Assembly: GCF_001186125.1 (NCBI RefSeq)
Contig: NW_014040348.1
Location: 43,690-80,521, forward strand
From: Sphaeroforma arctica JP610
Taxonomy: Eukaryota
Direction of reading: 5' to 3'
Length of the DNA: 36,832 nt
Under the pieces are notes generated by a model, which saw only the letters and a program-made list of their open reading frames with translations, was not told the origin of the DNA and searched no databases. The position numbers and the translations under genes are program-made. Numbering within the stretch: the first letter of the stretch is position 1; every line of letters starts with the position of its first letter. Below are positions 26,521 through 36,788 of this stretch, piece after piece.

Positions 26521-28148
26521 GTACCGGGTTTTCGAGATATAAGCGCAGTTTGCTTATTAGATTGCAATAACCGCTACTTTCAATGTGTGTTCGTGGATGG
26601 CAGTACAGTGTGTGTTCGTGGATGGCAGTACAGGGTGTGTTTGTGGATGGTAGTGACGATTGCTCCTGTGCGTAACAACTGCCCTAAGTTGTTCACTTGC
26701 TATGATCTTGTATCGAACGCCGACTATGGGTGGGTGCAAATGCTTAATGCATTCGAGTGTTAACTTATTTGCATTAACATGACTATAAACTTTTAATGTG
26801 GGGACGAGTCGTGTGAGATTTGAGAATTTCTGGATTTGCAACAACTGTCAAGCACATATTTTTATTTTTTTCAAATAGCGCAACAGACCGCCTCAGGGCG
26901 CCTCTGTACAGTTATATTAAAATTCGAATCATTGTCAAGTTTGATTGGCTATATTTAACGTGCGGTTTAAAGCAGATTTTTGTACTAAAATGAGTTATAA
27001 TGATACACAAAAATCTAAACCACTAATTTTATTATGAAGAAACCCAACTTTTAACGACAAATTTAGAAAATTGTCATACAACGAAAGTAAAAAAGTGGCT
27101 ATTTTTACAAAATAAGAGTTAAAAATACTGCAGCGAGCTTGCAATTTGCATTCTACTACTAGTAAATTTTTAAATGCGTGGGGTCTTGCCAGGGCAACTG
27201 CTCTTTCTCTCTTTCTGTGTGTGTGAGTGAGTGAGTGTGTGTGTGTGTGAGTGTGTGTGTGCGTGAGTTGCGACTTGTGACTTGTGTGAAGTTGTGACTG
27301 TATTTCACATTCTTATATTTTCTTGTATAAAACTGTAGGCCCCACGCCTTCAGCCCTTCACTCCTGTCACTGACATTTATATAAAAATGGTAATTTTGAC
27401 AGCGTCAGTCTTAATGTTAGGCAGGCGTATAAGTGACAGGCTTAATGAACGCGGACCTATCGGGCATTTAAAACAGGCATTTAAAAAAAAAAGGAAATAA
27501 AAAAATAAACTAAAATCGTAAAATGCACGCAGTCTTCTAGGAAAAAAAAAATCGAAAAAACTCCGGGTTAAAAAATAAATAATATTTGGTACATTGTATA
27601 TTTAGGAGTATAGGCAGGGCCCTGGCAGGCTCTGATGACTTCACTGAGGCAGGCAGCTGTAGAGTCCATTCAACCTATGGAGCATGGACAGGTCGACAGC
27701 GATTGTGTAAGCCAATATATCTGTGCAGCACACACGATCGACAGAAAGGGCTTTTTAAAATATCATAGCCAGTGAGAGTGTAGCACTGCAGCTCACCAAA
27801 AATAGCTTGTCCAAAGAACTGTTAAAGTTGACTGATTTCAAAGTGTCATTAATTATAACCTTCTGAAAATTAAACAAGAAGGCTATGCATTAATCAATAT
27901 AATAGCGAGGTTCATTTCATTTATCTACAATTATACTGGATAAGAGCAATATCACTTCTAATAACACAACTAGTTGACTGATTCGAGAATTATAAAGACC
28001 CAATGCGCTGCTGACTTGACTGACTGTCTATCAATGGAGTCTCTAGAGTTGACTCTTATAGAATATAGTACCTGATGGCATAAACAGATAAAACAAGTCC
28101 GTGACTCTGTTTGTGTTATTTATTAGTGTGTTTTATATATAAAATGTA

Positions 28149-28918
28149 CAGTCATACCTCTTTATATGTCCACCTCTTTAAAGCATCTACCTCATTATAT
28201 GTCCAAGTTCTATTTTGGCCAACCCCTTATATATGAGTCCGGTCTTTTCAGACCGGTCCTGCAGCCTGCTCTTAGAGGTTTTAAGGGGTTTCATGTGTGA
28301 ATATTTAACCTTTCACCTCAGCTTGACGGTAACTTTATCTATAATACATACACTAGAGCACGTACAACAATAGATCCTGATGGGAGACACTTCTAGTGGT
28401 GAACGCTGTTGTGCGAAAGGATGCACTACAACACACCCAGTGAGTGGTGTACACAAATGCGCTGGGATTGAGGTAAAGCCTGTCTACAGTTAAATGCCAG
28501 CCACCGAATGACATGTGGGAGTCTAGTTTCACTAATAACAGACAGACAGAGCCAGAGGAATTGACACAAAACGCAACTACAACGAGTGAGCCAGGCGGAT
28601 CGACACCACAGTAAACGCCCAAGCAGAATATATCGTCTGTTATGAAAAGAGTATCTAGTATGATAATAGACAAGCTCACTGTTGGTAAGAAGAAGTAAAA
28701 TATATAAACAGACTGTATTATCAAAGGGGAGCTCCAATACAACAAAAAGAATCAATCTAACAAACAAAGATAAAGGTGGCATCGTGGGTACAATCTAGAA
28801 AGCGGGATACAGCCTAGACCTATCATGGAAAGACAACAATCGCAAGGATTTAGCTAAGAAGGCCGTGCGGGTAGCGCATGCATCATTCGGCGTCAGTATC
28901 AAAACAATAGGAAGATTC
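28149..28918 (+). mobile_element. Left part of a decayed pogo/Tigger-like (Tc1-mariner superfamily) DNA transposon, truncated at the LTR
   Basis: TA|CAGTCATACCTCTTTATATGTCCACCTC resembles a pogo-type terminus, and the motif acctc(t/a)ttatatgtcca is repeated subterminally. A downstream broken frame (about 28724-28918) reads KRINLTNKDKGGIVGTI*...AVRVAHASFGVSIKTIGRF, similar to the CENP-B/psq-type N-terminal HTH of pogo transposases. No right TIR or DDE domain lies in the window. Confidence 0.6.
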
Positions 28919-29442
28919 AGAGACTCATAAAATCCTATCTTTAGAAAAAATAAATAAAAAATATAAAAATACTCTTGACGTCTTTAGTTATTGTCTTAGC
29001 CAATAACTTACCACTATCAAGAATTACCGACTTAGCCTTCATTCAGACATCTTGTTGGCTTATCGGAGGATCAACTAGGTAACGTTAATAGTCCCTAGAA
29101 ACCTATATTCGGTTGAGCCATCTCGCTACCGAAGTATTTAGATATATAAAATATTGGAAAGTAAATATAGCTCTATTAATAGAACTAGATCAACCTTTTT
29201 ATGTTTGGTATTTTACTGAGGCCTTTTAATGGCCTCATCCAGATATCTGATATGTTAAAAGGAAAAGGTTTAATTAATTGAACCATTAAAAACCATTTTA
29301 GGAAACTTAAGTTCCTCGTGCTATTAAGAGCACATTTAGAAGACTTAAGTTCCTCGTACTATTGAGAGTACGTTTATAATTTGCGTACTGCTTAAGAGTA
29401 CGTTTATACATAGAGTCTAATGTGGAGGCCCGGCTTATTACA
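28919..29442 (-). repeat. 3' LTR (524 bp)
   Basis: Direct repeat of 36263-36788, from agagactcataaaatcc to ggcccggcttattaca. On the element strand it starts TGTAATAA. Confidence 0.93.
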
Positions 29443-29460
29443 CAGCCCCCACCCAGCTTT
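29443..29460 (-). other. Polypurine tract (plus-strand primer) candidate
   Basis: Element strand reads AAAGCTGGGTGGGGGCTG immediately before the 3' LTR TG. Confidence 0.65.
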
Positions 29461-29804
29461 GAGACCCAAGAGAAGCAAGTTGCTCACTCAAGCTGATTAT
29501 GGGTCAAAAAGCGAGAAAGGAAAAACGGGTCGAAACATTAAGTAGCATAACATATAATTAATGTTTCTCAGGCGGAGAAGTTAAGTGTTCTCGGTTACCC
29601 TGTGAGTTTTGGGCTTAGGTCCAGTAGGTCCGTGGTGGTCGACTGGACGTTCTTTACGCTTCAGTGTCTTAAGCACATATGAAGGATGCGCATTAAGGCT
29701 CGGGATAAATGCTGTAGGCGGATAAGTTTTAACATCCGTTCCTTCAGACGATGGAAACATGCTATTTTTTTTTCAGCTTGTGACTTATGCAGGCGTTTAC
29801 GCCA

Positions 29805-29945
29805 TTTTCGATTAAAGGATTTTAAATAGTCTTGGTTATCGAAAGCATCTGAAGTCAACTCAGCTATTGTACCGTCTATAAAGCGTGTACGATAGTATGT
29901 ATAGCCTCCCTTATCCGTTCTCCATATAATGTCTTTAAATTCAGA
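29805..29945 (-). other. Divergent chromodomain-like region at the integrase C-terminus
   Basis: In frame with the integrase past TGA 30105: SEFKDIIWRTDKGGYTYYRTRFIDGTIAELTSDAFDNQDYLKSFNRK. Spacing resembles the chromodomain consensus (YEVE.I+..R...G...Y.VKW...NL....LI..F), and the position after the GPY/F-like motif is typical of chromoviruses. Confidence 0.5.
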
Positions 29946-31499
29946 ACGATCATGAGGGGAATTAGAGTCATGTCTTCTTGCGAGTATACTATCTGTAGTC
30001 GGAATACGAGTTGTGCCTATATTAAGCGCACTAGAACCATCGGGGTTATTTACCTCGTACGTTCCACTTTTAGTGTCTGCTACAGCGATTATATGTGGAT
30101 CTATTCATTTAGATGTTAATACAGTAGCATCAGAACTACGTTGACGGATGTTAACTCTGTCACCAACCTGATACTCTGCTATCTTCTTGGTAGTGTTCCA
30201 AAGCTTTTGCCTTTTTAATAAGGCTATATTGCGTATATCTCGCAAGCAAGGATATACAACTTTATAAATACGTTGGACCTTCTTTAACCATGGTAACTCA
30301 TGGCGATCGGGTTCGTCCTTGTTAAAAGGGATTTGTAACTCACTATATCTGCCACGAAAATAGTGAGCGGGTGTAGCTCCTGTAACCGGATCAGCACACT
30401 CGTTCATCTGTGTTTGTACCCACTTAAGGTGGTACGGCCAATCATCTGCATCATCCGTTAATGCAGTACGCAAGAAAAACTTAAGTCTTCTATGGCGCGT
30501 TTCATTCGCGCCTTGCGTTTGCGGCTTATATGGCACACCTCTCTTATGGCATATGCCTGATACGAGTACTAGCAATTCCATAACGTCATCGCAGAACTCA
30601 CTACCGTTATCAGTGCACATGATATCCGGCCACCCGAGGTCAGCAAGAACTTGGCAACATAATTCTGCCACGGTCTGCGTATTCTTATCATTTAATGGAT
30701 AGAGCAAGTTAAACCGTGACGCCACATCAAAGAAGTGGCAAACGTAACGGTCGCCTGTGTGCTCGGACGTGGGAAGGTCAACCAGATCAATGATGACCCT
30801 GCGCCATGAAACATCTTCAGTCACACTCTTAAGTGGTGCGAAACCATAGCGCTTGATCTGATTGAGATCACAGTCTGTGCATGACTGATATACTCTGTCA
30901 ACTAAAGTCTCCAGCTTAGGGTCCCATGTCGCTTAGCATCTTCAAGTGCTTCTACTACGTTCTGGTGCTTCAGCTTATGATGTTACTTCAGCCAAGCAAT
31001 AATGTTTTCATCATTCTGCTCTTCCAGAATAAAGGTAGGGTGTTGAGAATCCACTTGCGTGATCTCTAAGTCTGTAGTGTTTTCAGACTCCTGTCCTGTT
31101 TTTGCATGAGCGTCATAATCGCGCTCATGTGTGTTAGATACACCTTACTTATTAAATAGTCGCATTATATGTGTATACGCTTCAGGATTGTCTTTCATTA
31201 ATCCCTTTAAAAATAAGGTTTGAAAGACCTCGGGCGTGGACTTTATGTTATTAAACAGAGTCCTAGCTAGAGACTGACGCTTCTTAACAGTGTCATTAGT
31301 AGATTGTATTTCTTGTGCACAGACGTTAAATGCTGTGTTGCCTTTATACTGCTTAACGTTCAATTGGATAGAGAGTGGAATATCTGATTCTTTGACCTGG
31401 TTAAGGAAGGTCTCAGAAGGGGTCCATTTGGTTGTTCCAATGGGACCTATACGACGCGTCTTCTGGACGGCTCGGGTACCCCTGGACGGCTCGGGTACC

Positions 31500-31847
31500 C
31501 TGATATAGGAAAGTATCTACTTCCCTATCTAAATATATTGGCTCGCATTGAATTATGTTGATCAATTTATTAAGCCATGGATTTTTACTTCGTAATGGGC
31601 AACACAACGTGATGGTAGCTTTATGTATATAAGCATAATTTAATAGCTGGGCAATTAACTGTCATGGTGGATTAGCCCACGCATTATGTTGGGAGAGGTC
31701 TATTTGAAAGGCGTCTCCCATAGGATGATTTAAAGTCCTGTAATTCGATAGTTGTGCATTATGATGTGCAGCAAACATATCTATGGTATGTGGCCCATAT
31801 ATCTTTTGAGCCAGTTCAAACCACCTGGGAATACACTTCCAGTCAGT
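31500..31847 (-). other. Dam-like N6-adenine DNA methyltransferase domain (DIRS1-type MT / phage Dam family) within pol
   Basis: TDWKCIPRWFELAQKIYGPHTIDMFAAHHNAQLSNY...GDAFQIDLSQHNAWANPP*QLIAQLLNYAYIHKATITLCCPLRSKNPWLNKL. It shows the DW start, GPH.ID.FA..N SAM-binding motif, DAF..D and catalytic NPP(W) motif, followed by the T+..P.....W segment. Confidence 0.9.
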
Positions 31848-33740
31848 GGCTAGTAACTCACGTACGGATTTATTAAAGTCCGGTACGAAGCGTGAAAACA
31901 TATCCGGTAAATGGTTATGTATACCTGGCAAATGTTTTATATCAAAATGAAACTTTGATATTGTATCATGCCAGCGACTCAGTAATTGCGAGTCGGGTTT
32001 CATCTCTTTCTTATATTGAAGAGATTTCTGATCACACCTCAGCGTAAATGCTGTTCCGTATAAGTAATCTCGGAAGTGTGTTAGAGCTGCCATTATGGCT
32101 AATAGCTCTTGTTTAACAGTTGGATAATTCAACTGTGAAGCATTCATTGCTCGACTAAAGAATTGTATATATCTAGGTTTGTTATTTATAACCTGATATA
32201 ATACTTCTCCTAAGACTAAGTCTGATGCGTCCGTTGCTATTTCAAACGGCAAGCCATCGACTGGCCCTTGTACAACTGGGGCTTGTTGGACTGCGTGTTT
32301 GAACGCTTTAAATGCGTCATCACACTCTTTAGTCCACAAGTCTCATAGTTTGCCTTTATGACATCTTAAGTGTCCAAAAGGTTTAAAGTAGTCAGCTAAG
32401 TGTGGCACTCCATCTGAAAAGAAGTTTACAAACCCACACATGCTGTTAACATCTCTTCCTGTAGTTGGTGTTTGCCAATCTAACAGGTGTTCTACCTTAC
32501 CGGGGTCGATCTTAATACCTTTCCCAGATATATGGTAGCCTAAGAGCTGTATTTCGCTCATTGCGAAGTGGCATTTCTTCTCGTTAATCTTGAAGTTTTG
32601 CTCATTGAGTCTCTTAAGGACTCGTCTGACTAATGCGGCGTGTTCGCCCGTAGTCTTAGAAAAGACGACTATGTCATCTATATAGACTTGCACGTTAGGC
32701 ATGTTTGCAAACATTTCTTCCATTCCTTGTTGGAAGAATGCTGGTAAAGGGTGTAACCCGAAAGGTGCACCTCTGAACCGGTATTGTTTGCCTTTCCACG
32801 TAAAGCTAAAGTGTTTACGGTGGGGTTCATATACCTGCATTTGACGGTATCCTTGCGCAAGGTCTATAGTTGTAAACACTGTAGCACCTTCCATCATTCG
32901 CAGTAGCTCGTTAATACGAAGTAAGTGAAAGATATGAGTCGGCAATAATTTATTTATTGGACTCATATCTAAACATACTCTGACTTTCTTAAACTGTCCG
33001 TCAGATTTATGTTGGTCTACGGCTAGCAGTGCTAAGTTAACTGGCGTTTGCTGATAGTTAATTTCTATCACACCATCTGCTAGCCATTTCTCAACTTGTT
33101 CTTTTACAACAGCCTCGTGTCTTCAGGATACATAGTTCCTTGAGGGGCACTTTAACTGTGTAAAGTCTACCTTGGTTAAGTCAAGGCTAACATATCCGTC
33201 GTTAAAGCGGAATTTTGCCCAATCTGTGATCTTTATTTTCTTATTAACAAGAATTAGATCCATGATTTTGTCCGCAAAGTCAGGTCTTAATGCCTTGACT
33301 GTGTCTGACGGGGGCTTATATGGATTCAGACAGTTATCGTCTGATTGATCCTTTAATGGATCTAAGTTAGTTGGTAGACCAGTTACGGTTATACCTAGAG
33401 TGAGTAAATCACTCATTCCGACTATAATGTCGTACTTCTGTGACATCTTAACTATCACAGCCTGAGTAGTGATACTCCTATCATCAGCCAGGGAGATTTT
33501 AACATCTGTGGCGATGGTATCACACGTAGCAGTTTTATCATCAGCTAAAATGAGATGAGTTGTTTGTGTTCTCCTTTCGATATCTTTCATTAATGCAAAG
33601 CGATCGGATATACATGAATTTTTTGAACCAGGATCAATCAACGCAAGGATTTTATTTCCATTGCAATATACAAGGATTATTACACGTTCATCTAAAGAGT
33701 CGTTGTATTGTCTGTGTAATGATTGTACCTGGCAGTACCG

Positions 33741-35883
33741 TCACTCCAACTTAATGTTAGGCTTTCGGTCACAAGACTTAGTGTGATAACCATTGGTCTT
33801 CTCACACTTGTCACACTTAATAAGAAAGTGTGTACAAGTGAATGCATGTCTACCATTCCAATAACCGTTAGGGGTCAACTGGTACATGTCATACCCACAC
33901 TGGGCGTCGGCACATTTCTTAATCTCCTTAAATGGAGGTTCCATGTCCTTCGCCCCTGCGCGTGCCCGTTTATTGGGTCGCGTGGTTAAAGTGGATTCGC
34001 GAGCACGTGTATGTTGGGGTCTTTCGTTTGAGGTCTGCCTGGATACGTACCCGTGATCGGTGATCTCCCGCGGCTTCTTAACAGCCACTTTTCCCTTCGA
34101 TGTTACTCGATGTGCGGGAAAAAGAGTGGATACAGTATCTTAAAACTGTTCCCATGTAAGTCGGGATAGATAAAACTTTGTTTCATGTCCCTTGTCTCGA
34201 GCCTCAGTCGCGTGTTTACGTTGCAACTCGGTGTACAGACTCTCACGGTCGTTATTCCCTATGTTCTTAAAGAACACGTGCATAACCAGGAATTCGTACC
34301 ATCGCTGTGCTTGTCCTTTGTTATATCGGGACGTTTCAGGTCAGTGTCTAACTTCAGAATAAAACTCTGAGTGGGCATGTTCTCGGCTGGATTATTTAAA
34401 ATTGAACTTAGCCCAGGGCTACGCATATCCTTACTTAACAAGGATGTGACCAACCAACACACAGCTAGCCAGTCACGACAAGTGTCTAGCTCATGCTGGT
34501 GTCGCTACAGGATCAGATAACTGGTCCCTGTAGGGTCAAATGTCTGCATTAAGGCAGAGTTGCTGGGGAGCGATATCGTTCGTCTCCAGCATAACCGTAA
34601 ACGCATTAAGCGTACGAGTTAGCGTGTCGAGGTCATGGTTGTTTATAAACTCGACCTGCTTGCTGTTGGCATCCCAGTTCGACTTAAGTCGACTGATCTG
34701 TTTCTTGTACTTCTGGTTGTCCCTGTGGTCTTGTCCACGTTGGGCCTGAAGTAGTTGGTCTATGCGCTTTTGCTTAATTGCAATAATATTTGCATAATAT
34801 GCTACGTCATCAGCATGATGCGCAGCATGGGCGACTTCCATTTTATTGGTATAGTCGTCGACCAATTTATTAAGGTCGGTCACCTCGTCAGAGTGGAAAT
34901 CCTCTGCGGGTTGGTGTAAAGCCGTGCGGTCGAAGCGATTAAACTCGACGTCGTTCACACGTCTGCGGGGATGATTAATATCCCTTGGCGTCGAAATAAC
35001 ATACCCAGTCTTAACTGGTTTCCGACAATTATCCTCCCAATTGGGTACAAGTGGCGGAGTATATCTCCTTACCTCTCGGTCTATAATACCTTTGAGGACA
35101 GGTGACTCACGGCCGGGTGTCAGAACAGGCGAATTATTAACCTGTTCTTCTGGCAGTAATGCCTCGTACGGTATATCGACGCTGTGTACCTCTGGATCAT
35201 ATGACTCAGGTGTCGAGCATGAGTCTTTGGGCGTAATTGCCTGTCGACGCTCTGTCCACTTCTGTAGGGCTTCAGTAATGCCCGGGTAAACATGCTCGCG
35301 TAAGCGCTGTGTATGTTTTCCTGATCTTTCTTTTGATCTACATGTTCGACAGTCAAGTCTTTTATAATAGTAGCTAACTGATTCTTAAAATCAGCGTATT
35401 TAGTAATTAACTTACTTATGTGCTTCGGCTTAGAAGTCTCAGCCATAGATTCGGTATTGCTACTTGAGCTTGCCTCCTCTTCTGGTTCCATAATAGGTTC
35501 CTTCTGAGATTTGTCTTTGTCTCCTATAATTAGGGACGCCCTCATAATTGGGGACTTTCCTTTCTGATGTTCGTCAGAAGAATGGGTTGGGGCGTTTTGA
35601 GACGTATCCCTTGTCTCACTTCTTGGCTTCGTTAATGCAAGCTTTGAAGTTGAGGCAATAGTTGGCCCTCGGGCTCTGTCAGAAGGAGTAGTCTCCTTAA
35701 GCGGAGTGGCTACTTCCTTATCTGAAGCATTGTCCTTTTGACTATAATTGTCAGAGGCAAGTACTTTGGCTACAGTGCGCCTAAATGTATCAGCAGCGGC
35801 GTCGGTTGCTTTGCGACTTCTCTCTTCATCTTCTTCTTTTCAGCTCTACGCTTCTTAGAAGGAGTGTTGTCTTTCTTGGTCAT
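33741..35883 (-). pseudogene. gag: gag-like ORF (frameshifted) with a C-terminal Cys/His zinc-knuckle region
   Basis: ATG at 35883 (MTKKDNTPSKKRR) is followed by pieces 35545-35120, 34958-34536, 34462-34259 and 34088-33741. It lies between the 5' LTR and protease and ends with CDKCEKTNGYHTKSC. Confidence 0.7.
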
Positions 35884-36262
35884 AATCTTAACTTATGACT
35901 ACTAGCTTGTATCTTAACGACTAGCTTAGACAAGAGAAAAAAAAATGTTGTGGTACTTAACTTACCTTTACGCTTAAGTAGTCTAAGTAATTAATACTTT
36001 TGCTAACTTCAAAATTTGTAAGATTCGGTCTAATAAAGGCGATACTAATGCCTTAGAACAAATAAACGCGTAGGTAAATTCTATATCGATATAAATAAAC
36101 GAAATGAGACGTTTAATAAAGTTAGGTTTGCCTCGTGAAAACAGCAATACTCTGAGGGATTGTGAGGCTGAGACATTGCCTATATATAATCCTCTCAGTA
36201 CTGTTTCCGCCGAAGGGATTTTATTTAGTGTTTCGTTGTCGCTCTATTCTGGGACGAATCCG

Positions 36263-36788
36263 AGAGACTCATAAAATCCTATCTTTAGAAAAAATAAAGA
36301 AAAAATAAAATAAAATACTCTTGACGTCTTTAGTTATTGTCTTAACCAATAACTTGCCACTATCAAGAATTACCGACTTAGCCTTCATCAGACTGGCACA
36401 TCTGGTTGGTTTATCGGAGGATCAACTAGGTAACGTTAATAGTCCCTAGAAACCTATATTCGGTTGAGCCATCTCGCTACCGAAGTATTCAGATTTAAAT
36501 AGAATTTTATGTTTGGTATTTTACTGAGGCCTTTTAATGACCTCATCTAAATATCTGATATGTTAAAAGGAAAAGGTTTAATTAATAAAACCATTAAAAA
36601 CCATTTTAGGAAACTTAAGTTCCTCGTGCTATTAAGAGCACATTTAGGAGACTTAAGTTCCTCGTAATATTAAGAGAACATTTAGGAAACTTAAGTTCCT
36701 CGTACTATTAAGAATACGTTTATAATTTGCGTACTGCTTAAGAGTACGTTTATACATAGTGTCTAATGTGGAGGCCCGGCTTATTACA
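36263..36788 (-). repeat. 5' LTR (526 bp)
   Basis: Direct repeat of 28919-29442. It has three 38-bp internal units versus two in the other LTR and lacks a segment of about 45 bp present there. Confidence 0.93.

Larger units (their letters stand above)
29661..33740 (-). pseudogene. pol: pol polyprotein: aspartic protease, reverse transcriptase, RNase H, Dam-like methyltransferase, integrase, chromodomain-like tail
   Basis: PR: ALIDPGSKNSCIS and YDIIVGM. RT: KVRVCLDM, TIDLAQGYRQ, APFGL, VYIDDIVVFS, LLGYHIS. RH: IATDASD, YPTVKQELLAI, LRCDQKSL, HLPGIHNHLPDMFSR. IN: HHKLKH...CTDC, IIDLVD, CTDNGSEF, PQTQGANE. ORFs 33123-33641, 32343-33071, 31662-32339 and 31413-31607 share one frame separated by single TGA codons. 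Frameshifts occur near 31480 and 30930. Confidence 0.93.
28919..36788 (-). mobile_element. Ty3/Gypsy-type LTR retrotransposon (7870 bp), decayed; gag plus pol (PR-RT-RH-MTase-IN-chromo-like)
   Basis: Two direct repeats of about 525 bp flank gag and pol in Ty3/Gypsy order (integrase after RT-RH). A purine-rich tract abuts the 3' LTR. There are several in-frame stops and frameshifts. Confidence 0.95.

Noticed and set aside
20536..26650. Short two-copy duplications (about 20536-20581, 24861-24894 and 26585-26650)
   Set aside because: These are ordinary slippage duplications in non-coding DNA.
27185..27629. hAT-like MITE bounded by cttgccagggc / gccctggcagg
   Set aside because: The inverted match is only about 10 bp and there is no 8-bp target-site duplication.
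33627..33635. Protease active site D-P-G as a novel catalytic variant
   Set aside because: It is one base from DSG/DTG in a copy with many lesions, so decay is the likelier explanation.
28919..36788. DIRS element, suggested by the MT domain
   Set aside because: It has a protease, an HHCC/DDE integrase, direct LTRs and a PPT. No tyrosine recombinase or inverted/split terminal repeats were found.
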